Shown here in pieces: positions 32,557 through 40,184 of a stretch of DNA of 59,770 nucleotides; within the stretch, counting starts at the first letter, position 1; each line of letters starts with the position of its first letter. Both the position numbers and the translations under genes were made by a program. The notes beneath the pieces were generated by a model, which had not been told where the DNA came from, did not search any database, and saw only the letters and a program-made list of their open reading frames with translations. This DNA is from Candidatus Aenigmatarchaeota archaeon (GTDB lineage Archaea > Aenigmatarchaeota > Aenigmatarchaeia > QMZP01): positions 1 to 59,770 of the forward strand of contig DAOVCJ010000003.1 of the NCBI GenBank assembly GCA_030670085.1, read 5' to 3'.

Positions 32557-34557
32557 CTAATATCGCCTCTTTATCTTCCTTCTCAGTTTTCTTATCTCCC
32601 TTATCTGCTTTTGAGCAGAAGTTGTGGCTTTACTCTTGATTTTCCGGATTCTCGGTTTTTTGGTTTTTAGCTTCTTCGGAGCCCTTGGTTTTGCAACCTT
32701 TGGTTTTGAGACTTTTGGCTTCTCTGGTTTACTTGGTTTCTTTGCCTCTGGTTTCAGGAATCTTTCTGGTTTCGGCATTCTGAAGGGTTTTGTCTTCACC
32801 TTGCTGAGGATTTCCTTCAATTCAATCTTCGGTTTACTGGGCTTGTATGAAAGATCCGGCTTGTGAGAGATTGGAGGGTGCTTTGGTTTCTTTACCTCCT
32901 CTGGCTTCCAAGCCTTCTTTACAACCGTTTTTCTTTTCGAGACGTCTGGGGAAAGATCCTTGTCAACCCATCCCATCAGGGTTTCCCTGTCCTTGTAGTA
33001 AAGGTTGATTAATCTGCACACCTCATCAAACTGGAATATCTTATGCTTTCTCATCCACTCCAAAACCCTTTCCCTGTTCTCCAGTTCCTGCATGAGTTTC
33101 TGGTAGGTCATCCCCTCCTGGAAGGATATCTTTCTCAGCAGATCAGACTCCATTATATTTTCCCTGAAAATATCATCTGAAGGGATCCAGGAAAAGCTCT
33201 CCCTTGTATGGGCAATGCCTGTCCTGGAGTCAACTGACTGGATTTCAACCATCTCCTTGACCCTCCTTGCTGATTTCCCCTTCTCCTTTGCATTTGTAAG
33301 TACTATGAGCAGGTCCAAGGATTCTATAAGGGATGGTGAGATCTCGATCGGGGGAGTTTCGAGTCTCTTCATCACGTCATCCACTGACCCTGCATGAATG
33401 GTTCCCATGCTCGGGTGTCCTGAGGCCATGCCCTGAAACATAACATACGCCTCTCTTCCCCTGACCTCCCCAACAACAACGTAATCCGGATTCTGTCTGA
33501 AGGATTCCTTCAGAAGATCAAAGAGGGTTATCTCACCGTATCTCTTTCCCCCTGCGCCGGGTATGCCGAATCCTATCCTTGAAACAGAGGGTATCCAGTT
33601 TTCATGCGGTAGGTTAATCTCCCTTGTGTCCTCGATTGATATGATCTTGTCCTCTGGTGGTATGAACATGCTCAGAACGTTCAGGAAGGTTGTCTTTCCT
33701 GTTGAGACTCCCCCGCATACCACTATAGATGCACTGTAATGAACGAGAAGCCAGAGGTATGCCATCATCTTTGATGATGCTGTTCCGAGTTCTATGATAT
33801 CTGTGGGGGAATACGGGTTCTTCCTGAATTTTCTTATCGAGAAGGTGGGTCCCCTTGTGGTCACATCCTTGGCGAGGGATGCCTGGATCCTGCTCCCGTC
33901 AGGGAGGCTCCCGTCAAGCAGGGGGACCGCATAGGATATGTATCTACCGCAACGCTCCGAAAGCTTGACAACGAAGTCCGTCAGGCTGCTTGGATCCGTA
34001 TAGGCAAGGCTTGTCTGAATCGAGCCGAATCTCTTGTGGACAATGAAAACAGGTGTGTTCAGTCCGTTACATCCGATGTCCTCTATGTAAGGGTCATGCA
34101 TCATGGGTTCTATCTCATTGAGACCGAAGAAATTCCTGATTATGTAATACATTACCTTCTCGTAAACCTCTTTCGGGACATGTATGCCCAGATCCTCCAG
34201 AACAGACTCTGTTTTGCTTTGCAGATACTCTATTATCTTTCCCCTTTCCTTTACCTTGGACAGCTTGACATCAATCACCTCTGTCAGGGATTCCTCTATC
34301 TTCCGAAGAAGCCTCTCTTCCCTGTCAGATAGATGCGGTTCTACAAGTTTGTAAATCAGTATCTTCTTATCCGGGAGCCATTTTATCTCTGCACTAGCGA
34401 ATGGCTCGATAAGGAGGTATTTTATGTCGACCTCTGTTATGTCCTTAAAAGTGGGGATAACTATCAGGTGCCTCGGTCTTCCCAGAACAATCTTCGGGTA
34501 GAAAGATTTCTTGGCCTTGGCCAAAATTTTGCTCTTGGAGAAAAATCTCTCAAACAT
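32557..34557 (-). CDS. FlaI/PilB/VirB11-family secretion ATPase with a ~130-aa Lys/Pro-rich C-terminal tail
   Basis: Walker A GGVSTGKTT, Asp/His boxes. Residues ~535-666 are KP-rich (..KPEKPKVSKPKVAKPRAPKKLKTKKPRIRK..). Confidence 0.8.
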   Translation of the reverse strand: MFERFFSKSKILAKAKKSFYPKIVLGRPRHLIVIPTFKDITEVDIKYLLIEPFASAEIKWLPDKKILIYKLVEPHLSDREERLLRKIEESLTEVIDVKLSKVKERGKIIEYLQSKTESVLEDLGIHVPKEVYEKVMYYIIRNFFGLNEIEPMMHDPYIEDIGCNGLNTPVFIVHKRFGSIQTSLAYTDPSSLTDFVVKLSERCGRYISYAVPLLDGSLPDGSRIQASLAKDVTTRGPTFSIRKFRKNPYSPTDIIELGTASSKMMAYLWLLVHYSASIVVCGGVSTGKTTFLNVLSMFIPPEDKIISIEDTREINLPHENWIPSVSRIGFGIPGAGGKRYGEITLFDLLKESFRQNPDYVVVGEVRGREAYVMFQGMASGHPSMGTIHAGSVDDVMKRLETPPIEISPSLIESLDLLIVLTNAKEKGKSARRVKEMVEIQSVDSRTGIAHTRESFSWIPSDDIFRENIMESDLLRKISFQEGMTYQKLMQELENRERVLEWMRKHKIFQFDEVCRLINLYYKDRETLMGWVDKDLSPDVSKRKTVVKKAWKPEEVKKPKHPPISHKPDLSYKPSKPKIELKEILSKVKTKPFRMPKPERFLKPEAKKPSKPEKPKVSKPKVAKPRAPKKLKTKKPRIRKIKSKATTSAQKQIREIRKLRRKIKRRY

Positions 34558-34620
34558 ACTTTATTATATGTTTAATTAATTATTATTCTTAATTCAGGGG
34601 AATAAGTTGTCTAACTTATT

Positions 34621-35310
34621 TTACCTCTTTATGAAAGCCTCTTCCTTTGGATAAACCGTGATCCCATTGGAGTCTATCTTGTAGGGATGGAGCTTCTGGG
34701 AGTGTGCAGAGCCCCTTATCTTCCATATCTGTATCGCTCTGCTAAAGGTTGATTGTAGCCTCTCGTAGTAAAGAACAACAACAGAATCTGTAACGAATTC
34801 CTCCACACCATACCTTGAGAGGCTATTTGTTCCCGGCAGTATCTCGGAAACCAGCATTGATGTGCATCCAAGCTTTCTGAGTATTACGGAAAGGTTGAAT
34901 ATCATCCTCCTTAACTCTGCCTCATCCTTTATGTGAAGCCCCAGGGCAGATACCGAGTCTACCACCACCCTTGTTGCCTTGACCTGCCTTATGGTGGATT
35001 CCAGAATGTCAAAAACATCCTCGATATGGTAGGGGTCATAACGTATGAATGAAAACTTCCCTGACTTCTCAAGAGGCTTGAAGTCCCATCCAAAGGATTT
35101 TGCATTCTCGGCTATGGAATCCGCAGGCTCTTCGAAAGAGAGATAAACAGCATTATCATTGAACTTCTTCACACCGTTGTATATGTACTGACAGCAAAAC
35201 ATTGTTTTCCCTGTTCCAGATGTTCCGGTTATCAGGGTCTGGTGAGATTTTGGAATTCCGCCCATCATTATCTCGTCAAGACCAGGTACCCCTGTTTTTA
35301 CTCTTTCCAT
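34621..35310 (-). CDS. KaiC/RecA-superfamily ATPase (FlaH-like)
   Basis: 229 aa. GVPGLDEIMMGGIP, Walker A GTSGTGKT. Confidence 0.75.
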   Translation of the reverse strand: MERVKTGVPGLDEIMMGGIPKSHQTLITGTSGTGKTMFCCQYIYNGVKKFNDNAVYLSFEEPADSIAENAKSFGWDFKPLEKSGKFSFIRYDPYHIEDVFDILESTIRQVKATRVVVDSVSALGLHIKDEAELRRMIFNLSVILRKLGCTSMLVSEILPGTNSLSRYGVEEFVTDSVVVLYYERLQSTFSRAIQIWKIRGSAHSQKLHPYKIDSNGITVYPKEEAFIKR

Positions 35311-35347
35311 AAAATCCCCTTTATGTTATTAATCTTCTATTATTCTA

Positions 35348-35360
35348 TTTTTATAATAAA
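35348..35360 (+). promoter_or_regulatory. TATA-like box upstream of the aRF1 leader
   Basis: TTTTTATAATAAA lies ~35 nt before the hairpin at 35394. Confidence 0.35.
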
Positions 35361-35393
35361 TTGATGGTTAATAAATAAGTGATATGATGGAGG

Positions 35394-35470
35394 GATGGCT
35401 TGGATAGATCGTTTGCCGACTTGGACAGGCTGGTTTAAGTCGGCTTATGAGTCTGTTGGATAAAGCCATC
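35394..35470 (+). repeat. nested CTTGG-hairpin pair in the aRF1 5' leader
   Basis: GATGGCTTGGATAGATCGTTT[GCCGACTTGGACAGGCTGGTTTAAGTCGGC]TTATGAGTCTGTTGGATAAAGCCATC. Ends 10 nt before ATG 35481. Confidence 0.75.
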
Positions 35471-35480
35471 ATTCGATAAT

Positions 35481-36683
35481 ATGGACGATAACAAGCTCAA
35501 GGCAATCATAAAGGAACTGGAGAGAATAAGAGGGAGGCACACGGAACTCGTGAGTGTGTACGTCCCTGCTGGCTACAACATGATTAAGGTAGCTGAACAA
35601 ATAAGGTCAGAACAGGGAACTGCACAGAACATCAAATCAAAGGCAGTAAGGAAGAATGTTGTGGGGGCTTTGGAGAAGATAACTCAACATCTTAAGCTGT
35701 ACAAACAAACCCCGAAAAACGGTGTAGCTATATTCTGCGGGAACGTGTCTGACAAGGAGGGTGTTACGGATCTTGAGCTCTGGGCCATAGAACCCCCCGA
35801 ACCCCTTAAGCAGAGACTCTACAGGTGCGGCCAGGAGTTCGTCCTAGATCCCCTGAAGGGGATAGTGAGGGAAAAGGAGATTTATGGAATTATAGTCCTG
35901 GATAAGTCAGAGGCCGAGATAGGGGTACTTAGGGGGAAGAGGATAGAGTCCCTGAAGCATTTGGACTCGATTGTTCCTGGGAAATCAAAGGCAGGTGGAT
36001 GGTCTCAAGCTCGATTTGCCCGAGTTCGCGAGGGACTCCTAAACGACTTTCTCAAGAAGATAGGAGAAATCGCGAGTTCTAACTTCAAGGTGATGAGAGA
36101 CTTGAGGGGAATAATAGTTGGTGGACCAGGACCTGTTAAAGAGCAGTTTGTTGATGGGGATTATCTTGAATATTCGGTCAAAAACAAGATCCTTGGCGTG
36201 GTCAACACCTCATACACAGGAGGTGAATACGGTTTAAGGGAGACTGTAAATAGAGCAGAGGATATAATATCAGAGGCTTCTGCAATAAGGGAGAAGAAGA
36301 TTCTGGAAAGGTTCTTCACCGAACTTTCGAAAGACTCGGGTCTCGCTGTTTACGGTTTCATGGAGGTCACAGACGCGTTAAAGTCAGGGAACCTTGAACT
36401 CCTATTGCTCTCCGAGGGCTTTGACTGGGTCAAGACCAAGTTCAAATGTTCCTGTGGGTTTGAGACAGAAAAGGTTTTGAACAGGAAGCAGATAGATGAG
36501 CAGAGGTGCCCGGAGTGTAACAACAAACTCGAGGTAACAGGAGAAAAAGAGATAACCGAGGATTTGATAAAACTTGCAGACGATATGGGAACAGAGGCTG
36601 AGGTTGTCTCGACCAACACAGGAATGGGTGAGCAACTGATGGAGCTTGGAGGAATAGGCGGGACATTGAGGTACAAGAGCTAA
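35481..36683 (+). CDS. prf1: peptide chain release factor aRF1
   Basis: 400 aa. NIKS-like motif (QNIKSK), GGQ-equivalent (GKSKAGGWSQARF), C-terminal zinc-ribbon insert. Confidence 0.9.
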   Translation: MDDNKLKAIIKELERIRGRHTELVSVYVPAGYNMIKVAEQIRSEQGTAQNIKSKAVRKNVVGALEKITQHLKLYKQTPKNGVAIFCGNVSDKEGVTDLELWAIEPPEPLKQRLYRCGQEFVLDPLKGIVREKEIYGIIVLDKSEAEIGVLRGKRIESLKHLDSIVPGKSKAGGWSQARFARVREGLLNDFLKKIGEIASSNFKVMRDLRGIIVGGPGPVKEQFVDGDYLEYSVKNKILGVVNTSYTGGEYGLRETVNRAEDIISEASAIREKKILERFFTELSKDSGLAVYGFMEVTDALKSGNLELLLLSEGFDWVKTKFKCSCGFETEKVLNRKQIDEQRCPECNNKLEVTGEKEITEDLIKLADDMGTEAEVVSTNTGMGEQLMELGGIGGTLRYKS

Positions 36684-37765
36684 TCCTTCTCGGATTTTAA
36701 TTTTTTAATCTGCTCTTCTAGTTCTTTTCTCAATTCTTCTCCTTTGTCTTTGTCAGAAAATCTATCGAACCTTGCAGCCAGTGTAAGCTTTGAGGCAATC
36801 GCTCTGGCTATCTTACCCTTCAACTCCTTTGGCGCATTCTGTACGTGTCCATGACCGAACAATACTCCGTACTTTGGGGCCTTTCCCTCACCCCTGAGAT
36901 GCCTGAAAAGCGCCTTCTCTGCTCCAAGCAGCTGGATTGTGCTGGAGGGGAGCTTTGAGATTTTGTCCAGACCCCCTGCTAACGCAAGCAATCTTGCCGC
37001 AAGTATGGGTCCTGCTGTTGCAGAGAGATTGGGTATGGTTTCTTTCGTGATGGTTTCCAGATACTTTGTCAATCTTTTCTTCTCATCAAAAAGGGTGACC
37101 ATGGTTCTTGAGAAATCCTGTAGTCCCCTTACATCATCATCTGATAATGGCATACCGGATGATTTCTCCGCAAGCTTCTTCAATCCCTTCTCCTCGATAT
37201 TCTCCCTGTTCCCATGCTTGGCGATGAGTTCGACGAATCTCTCATTCGAACCTATCTCCTTTGATAGCTCTGGAAAATGCAGACCATACCACTCCCTTAG
37301 CAGCTCTGACAGGGTGTTCAGGGTCTTGTCAAGCTCGTCTATTATGCCAATGACCCTCATTATCATGAAGTCCTTCTTCTCCTTCTTCAGCTCCTTCTTC
37401 GTCAGCTCTATCTGGACCTTGCTCAGGATTTCATTAATTTCTGCCTGAGAGGATGCCCATCTTGAATCCATCGCAAGTTTCCTGAACTGGTTCTGGAGGG
37501 CCTCCACAGCAAGGTTGTCCTTCTTGTATATGCAAGAAACTCCACTAACCTCAGCCTTCTTGTCCCAGACTATCTCCATGATGCCCTTCTTCGCGAGCCT
37601 CTGGATTATCTTCTCTTCCTCGGGCAGAACCTCCCCTGCCCTGGATTTCTTCATCTTCTCCACAATCACCTCTATCTTCTTGGGGAAGAGTTCCTTGTCT
37701 ATCACTTTCCCCTCCGCATCGAACGCGAAGCTTCCTACGAAACAGGTCCCTACGAATGCCCTCAT
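36680..37765 (-). CDS. nop5: C/D box sRNP core protein Nop5 (Nop56/58)
   Basis: 361 aa. Nop domain (LLGAEKALFRHL...PKYGVLF), KKE-like tail. Overlaps the prf1 stop by 4 nt. Confidence 0.85.
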   Translation of the reverse strand: MRAFVGTCFVGSFAFDAEGKVIDKELFPKKIEVIVEKMKKSRAGEVLPEEEKIIQRLAKKGIMEIVWDKKAEVSGVSCIYKKDNLAVEALQNQFRKLAMDSRWASSQAEINEILSKVQIELTKKELKKEKKDFMIMRVIGIIDELDKTLNTLSELLREWYGLHFPELSKEIGSNERFVELIAKHGNRENIEEKGLKKLAEKSSGMPLSDDDVRGLQDFSRTMVTLFDEKKRLTKYLETITKETIPNLSATAGPILAARLLALAGGLDKISKLPSSTIQLLGAEKALFRHLRGEGKAPKYGVLFGHGHVQNAPKELKGKIARAIASKLTLAARFDRFSDKDKGEELRKELEEQIKKLKSEKD

Positions 37766-37766
37766 A

Positions 37767-37944
37767 TGCGGGGGCTGGGATTCGAACCCAGGTAGGCACT
37801 AAGCCACTAGGTATCTCACAGGTTGTCCTGAACCTAGCCCCTGTGGTTGGGACAAATGACCTAAGCCTAGCCCCTTTAGCCAGAGACGGCTTAATCCAAC
37901 CCATTCAAGCCGTCAGTCGCTTTTGACCGCTTGGGTACCCCCGC
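37767..37944 (-). tRNA. tRNA-Leu(UAG) with two introns (D-loop, canonical 37/38)
   Basis: Minus-strand read: GCGGGGG..., anticodon stem CTAGG/CCTAG with CT-TAG-G|~47-nt intron|A, long variable arm, T-arm CTGGG-TTCGAAT-CCCAG. D-loop insert carries the hairpin at 37885-37914. Confidence 0.75.
37885..37914 (-). repeat. CTTGG-hairpin copy inside the D-loop intron of tRNA-Leu(UAG)
   Basis: Minus read GACGGCTTG-AATGGGTTGGATT-AAGCCGTC. Confidence 0.7.
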
Positions 37945-37945
37945 A

Positions 37946-38116
37946 TGCTCCGGACGGGATTTGAACCCGCGTCACGGGCTATCTTCTTCTCATCCCCATA
38001 CATGGTATGGGATCAAATCTTTCGACTGAAATCGAAAGGCCCGGATCCATAGCCTACCAGACGGCTTGTCTCATAAAGGTAAGCCGTCGGACTTGACCGG
38101 ACTAGACGACCGGAGC
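37946..38116 (-). tRNA. tRNA-Glu(UUC) with two introns (D-arm, anticodon loop)
   Basis: GCTCCGG/CCGGAGC acceptor. Anticodon stem CGGGC/GCCCG, loop CT-TTC-GA, then a ~52-nt intron. ~44-nt D-arm insert. The 5' region is identical to tRNA-Glu(CUC). Confidence 0.75.
38060..38088 (-). repeat. GACGGCTT hairpin inside the D-arm intron of tRNA-Glu(UUC)
   Basis: Minus read GACGGCTT-ACCTTTATGAGAC-AAGCCGTC (family stem, divergent loop). Confidence 0.65.
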
Positions 38117-38128
38117 GTCCTCTCGTAT

Positions 38129-38158
38129 GACGGCTTGATTTAATCTATCCAAGCCGTC
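38129..38158 (-). repeat. CTTGG-hairpin copy in the tRNA-Val(GAC)/tRNA-Glu(UUC) spacer
   Basis: Minus read GACGGCTTG-GATAGATTAAAT-CAAGCCGTC. Lies 11 nt after the Val discriminator and 12 nt before the Glu 5' end. Confidence 0.8.
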
Positions 38159-38169
38159 TCTCAATGTGA

Positions 38170-38276
38170 TGGGCCGGGCAGGATTTGAACCTGCGACCTT
38201 CGCCACGTCAAGGCGACGTCCTAACCAATTGTCCGCAACCTTTCTTACGAAAGGAAACACTCTAGACCACCGGCCC
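38170..38276 (-). tRNA. tRNA-Val(GAC) with a 33-nt D-loop intron
   Basis: GGGCCGG-T-GGTC-TAG[insert]TTGGTTA-GGAC. Anticodon stem TCGCC/GGCGA, loop TT-GAC-GT. Exons align with the intron-less tRNA-Val(CAC). Confidence 0.8.
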
Positions 38277-38323
38277 ATTTTATAGATTCTATGTTAGTGA
38301 TGTTGGTTTAAAACCTTTTATGA

Positions 38324-38397
38324 TGGGCCAGGGGAGATTCGAACTCCCGATCTCGACCGTGTGAGGGTCGCATCCTAACCAACTAGACCACCGGCCC
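38324..38397 (-). tRNA. tRNA-Val(CAC), intron-less
   Basis: GGGCCGGTGGTCTAGTTGGTTAGGAT. Anticodon stem CGACC/GGTCG, loop CT-CAC-AC. 74 nt. Confidence 0.9.
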
Positions 38398-38404
38398 ATT
38401 AATT

Positions 38405-38433
38405 GACGACCTGAACCGTTGATCCAAGTCGTC
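38405..38433 (-). repeat. CTTGG-hairpin copy in the tRNA-Ser(CGA)/tRNA-Val(CAC) spacer
   Basis: Minus read GACGACTTGG-ATCAACGGTT-CAGGTCGTC. Closely resembles 7835-7863. Lies 12 nt after the Ser discriminator. Confidence 0.7.
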
Positions 38434-38445
38434 TCTCCTTTTTAA

Positions 38446-38545
38446 CGCCGAGGGCAGGATTCGAACCTGCATGTCCTTTCGGACACTCGTTTTCGAGATT
38501 CGCCCTCCTAAGAGTCGAGCGCATTAACCGTTCTGCCACCTCGGC
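38446..38545 (-). tRNA. tRNA-Ser(CGA) with one short non-canonical intron near the 5' anticodon stem
   Basis: GCCGAGG/CCTCGGC plus G. Anticodon loop CT-CGA-AA. ~17-nt insert bounded by a duplicated CTCGA (exact junction ambiguous). Variable arm TGTCCGAAAGGACA. Confidence 0.65.
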
Positions 38546-38597
38546 ATCGATATTAATAATTAACTTAAATTTAAAATAAACTGGTCTAGGTGAATAT

Positions 38598-38801
38598 GTG
38601 GTGAACGTTAGAGTCTGCTCAGAAGGGAAAACAAAAATGATTAAGATGCCTGAAAAATCCAGCATTGAGAATCTCCTAGAAAAACTGGAGATAAACCCAG
38701 AAACCGTTGTGGTTCTGAGGAATGGGGAGGTTGTTCCTGATTTTGAGGAGCTTGAAAACAAGGACAGGATTGAGATTCTGGATATAGTCTCGAGGGGTTA
38801 A
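38598..38801 (+). CDS. ThiS/MoaD-like beta-grasp (ubiquitin-like sulfur carrier) protein
   Basis: 67 aa (GTG start). VNVRV...NGEVVP...DRIEIL pattern. C-terminus ..VSRG. Immediately upstream of a TtuA/Ncs6-type gene. Confidence 0.5.
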   Translation: MVNVRVCSEGKTKMIKMPEKSSIENLLEKLEINPETVVVLRNGEVVPDFEELENKDRIEILDIVSRG

Positions 38802-38802
38802 T

Positions 38803-39747
38803 ATGGTTTCGAGAAAAAGATGCAGTTGTGGAAGGAAGGTTGTGTTTTTCAGGAAGTATGAGGGCTCTTATCTTTGCAAGAGTTGTTTTCTGGAGTCAAT
38901 AGAGAAGAAGTTCAAGCGAACAGTAAGGAAGTATGGAATGTTAAAGAGTGGAGATAAGATAGCTGTCGCCCTATCAGGAGGGAAGGACTCCTCGGCTGTT
39001 CTTTATCTGATGAACAAGATAGTGAAACCCAGAAGGGACATGGGTCTCATTGCTATCATGATTGATGAGGGAACAGGAGACTACAGAAAGAAACATTTGG
39101 CTCTCGCGAAGAAGCTCTGTAAGAAACTCGGTGTGGAATATCATATCTTTTCCTTCAAAAACGAATTTGGAAAAACCATGAAGCAGAAGGTCAAGGAGAT
39201 TGACAAAGGAAGGGTCAAGATAAAGGAGCCGTGCACGTACTGTGGGGTTGGGAGGAGGTACATACTCAACAAGAGGGCCAGGGAGCTGGGAGCAACCAAG
39301 CTTTGCATGGGCCATACCCTGGATGATGAGGCCCAGGCCGTTATATTGAACTACGTAAGAGGGGATTTGTACAGGGCAAGCAGGATGGGTCCTGTAACGG
39401 ACTGGTCCCTGAGAAAAGAGAAGGGGAAACTCTTCATTCCGAGGATAAAGCCCCTGCGGGAGATACCTGAGAAGGAGTCTGCAATATTCTCCATACTCAT
39501 GGGTTTTGATTTGTGCTGGGATAAATGTCCGTATGCTGGAGGGATAAGATTCGATGCAAAGGATTTCATAAACAACCTAGAGAAAAAATATCCTGGGATA
39601 AAATTCACAGTCCTTGAGACATTCGACAAACTTCTCCCTCACATAAGGGATTTTTCTGATAAAAGGGAAGGGAAAATCCGTTTGTGTAAGAAGTGTGGAG
39701 AACCTGGATCAGAAGAAATCTGCAAAACCTGCGAACTGTGGAGATAG
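38803..39747 (+). CDS. tRNA 2-thiolation protein, TtuA/Ncs6 PP-loop ATPase family
   Basis: PP-loop SGGKDS. N-terminal CSCG..CKSC and C-terminal CKKCG..CKTC zinc fingers, central CTYCG. Confidence 0.8.
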   Translation: MVSRKRCSCGRKVVFFRKYEGSYLCKSCFLESIEKKFKRTVRKYGMLKSGDKIAVALSGGKDSSAVLYLMNKIVKPRRDMGLIAIMIDEGTGDYRKKHLALAKKLCKKLGVEYHIFSFKNEFGKTMKQKVKEIDKGRVKIKEPCTYCGVGRRYILNKRARELGATKLCMGHTLDDEAQAVILNYVRGDLYRASRMGPVTDWSLRKEKGKLFIPRIKPLREIPEKESAIFSILMGFDLCWDKCPYAGGIRFDAKDFINNLEKKYPGIKFTVLETFDKLLPHIRDFSDKREGKIRLCKKCGEPGSEEICKTCELWR

Positions 39748-40146
39748 TTACCTCACTTCCTTTATCTGTTTTTTCTTGCCTATCATCCAGTAAATAACCT
39801 CTGTTCCCTCTGAGCCTGACTTTATCTTGTCCTTGAATTCCTCTGGTATTGAACATTCAAAGGTTTCGTACGTCTGCAGATCCATCAGCTGAACGATATC
39901 GCCTGAAACTGAGATCACCTGTGCCTTCTGCTTCTCTATTACAGGAACCTCAACAGTCGCTGCGGCGGGTTTCATCAGGCTTCGCTTCCTGTTATCAAAA
40001 ATCCCGATTGCGTCCAGCCTCACCTTTGCAGCACCGTGCTTGCCAGGCTTTGATTTTACCATTGATGTGACCTTGCAGGCCTCGCCATCTATTATGATGT
40101 AAGAACCTGGTTTGCAGCTCTTTATCTCAACCATCTTCTCTGCCAT
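39748..40146 (-). CDS. eif5a: translation factor aIF5A
   Basis: 132 aa, hypusination loop SKPGKHGAAK. Confidence 0.9.
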   Translation of the reverse strand: MAEKMVEIKSCKPGSYIIIDGEACKVTSMVKSKPGKHGAAKVRLDAIGIFDNRKRSLMKPAAATVEVPVIEKQKAQVISVSGDIVQLMDLQTYETFECSIPEEFKDKIKSGSEGTEVIYWMIGKKKQIKEVR

Positions 40147-40184
40147 AAAGATAATTATATTACTATTCTATAAAATAGTTTAGT

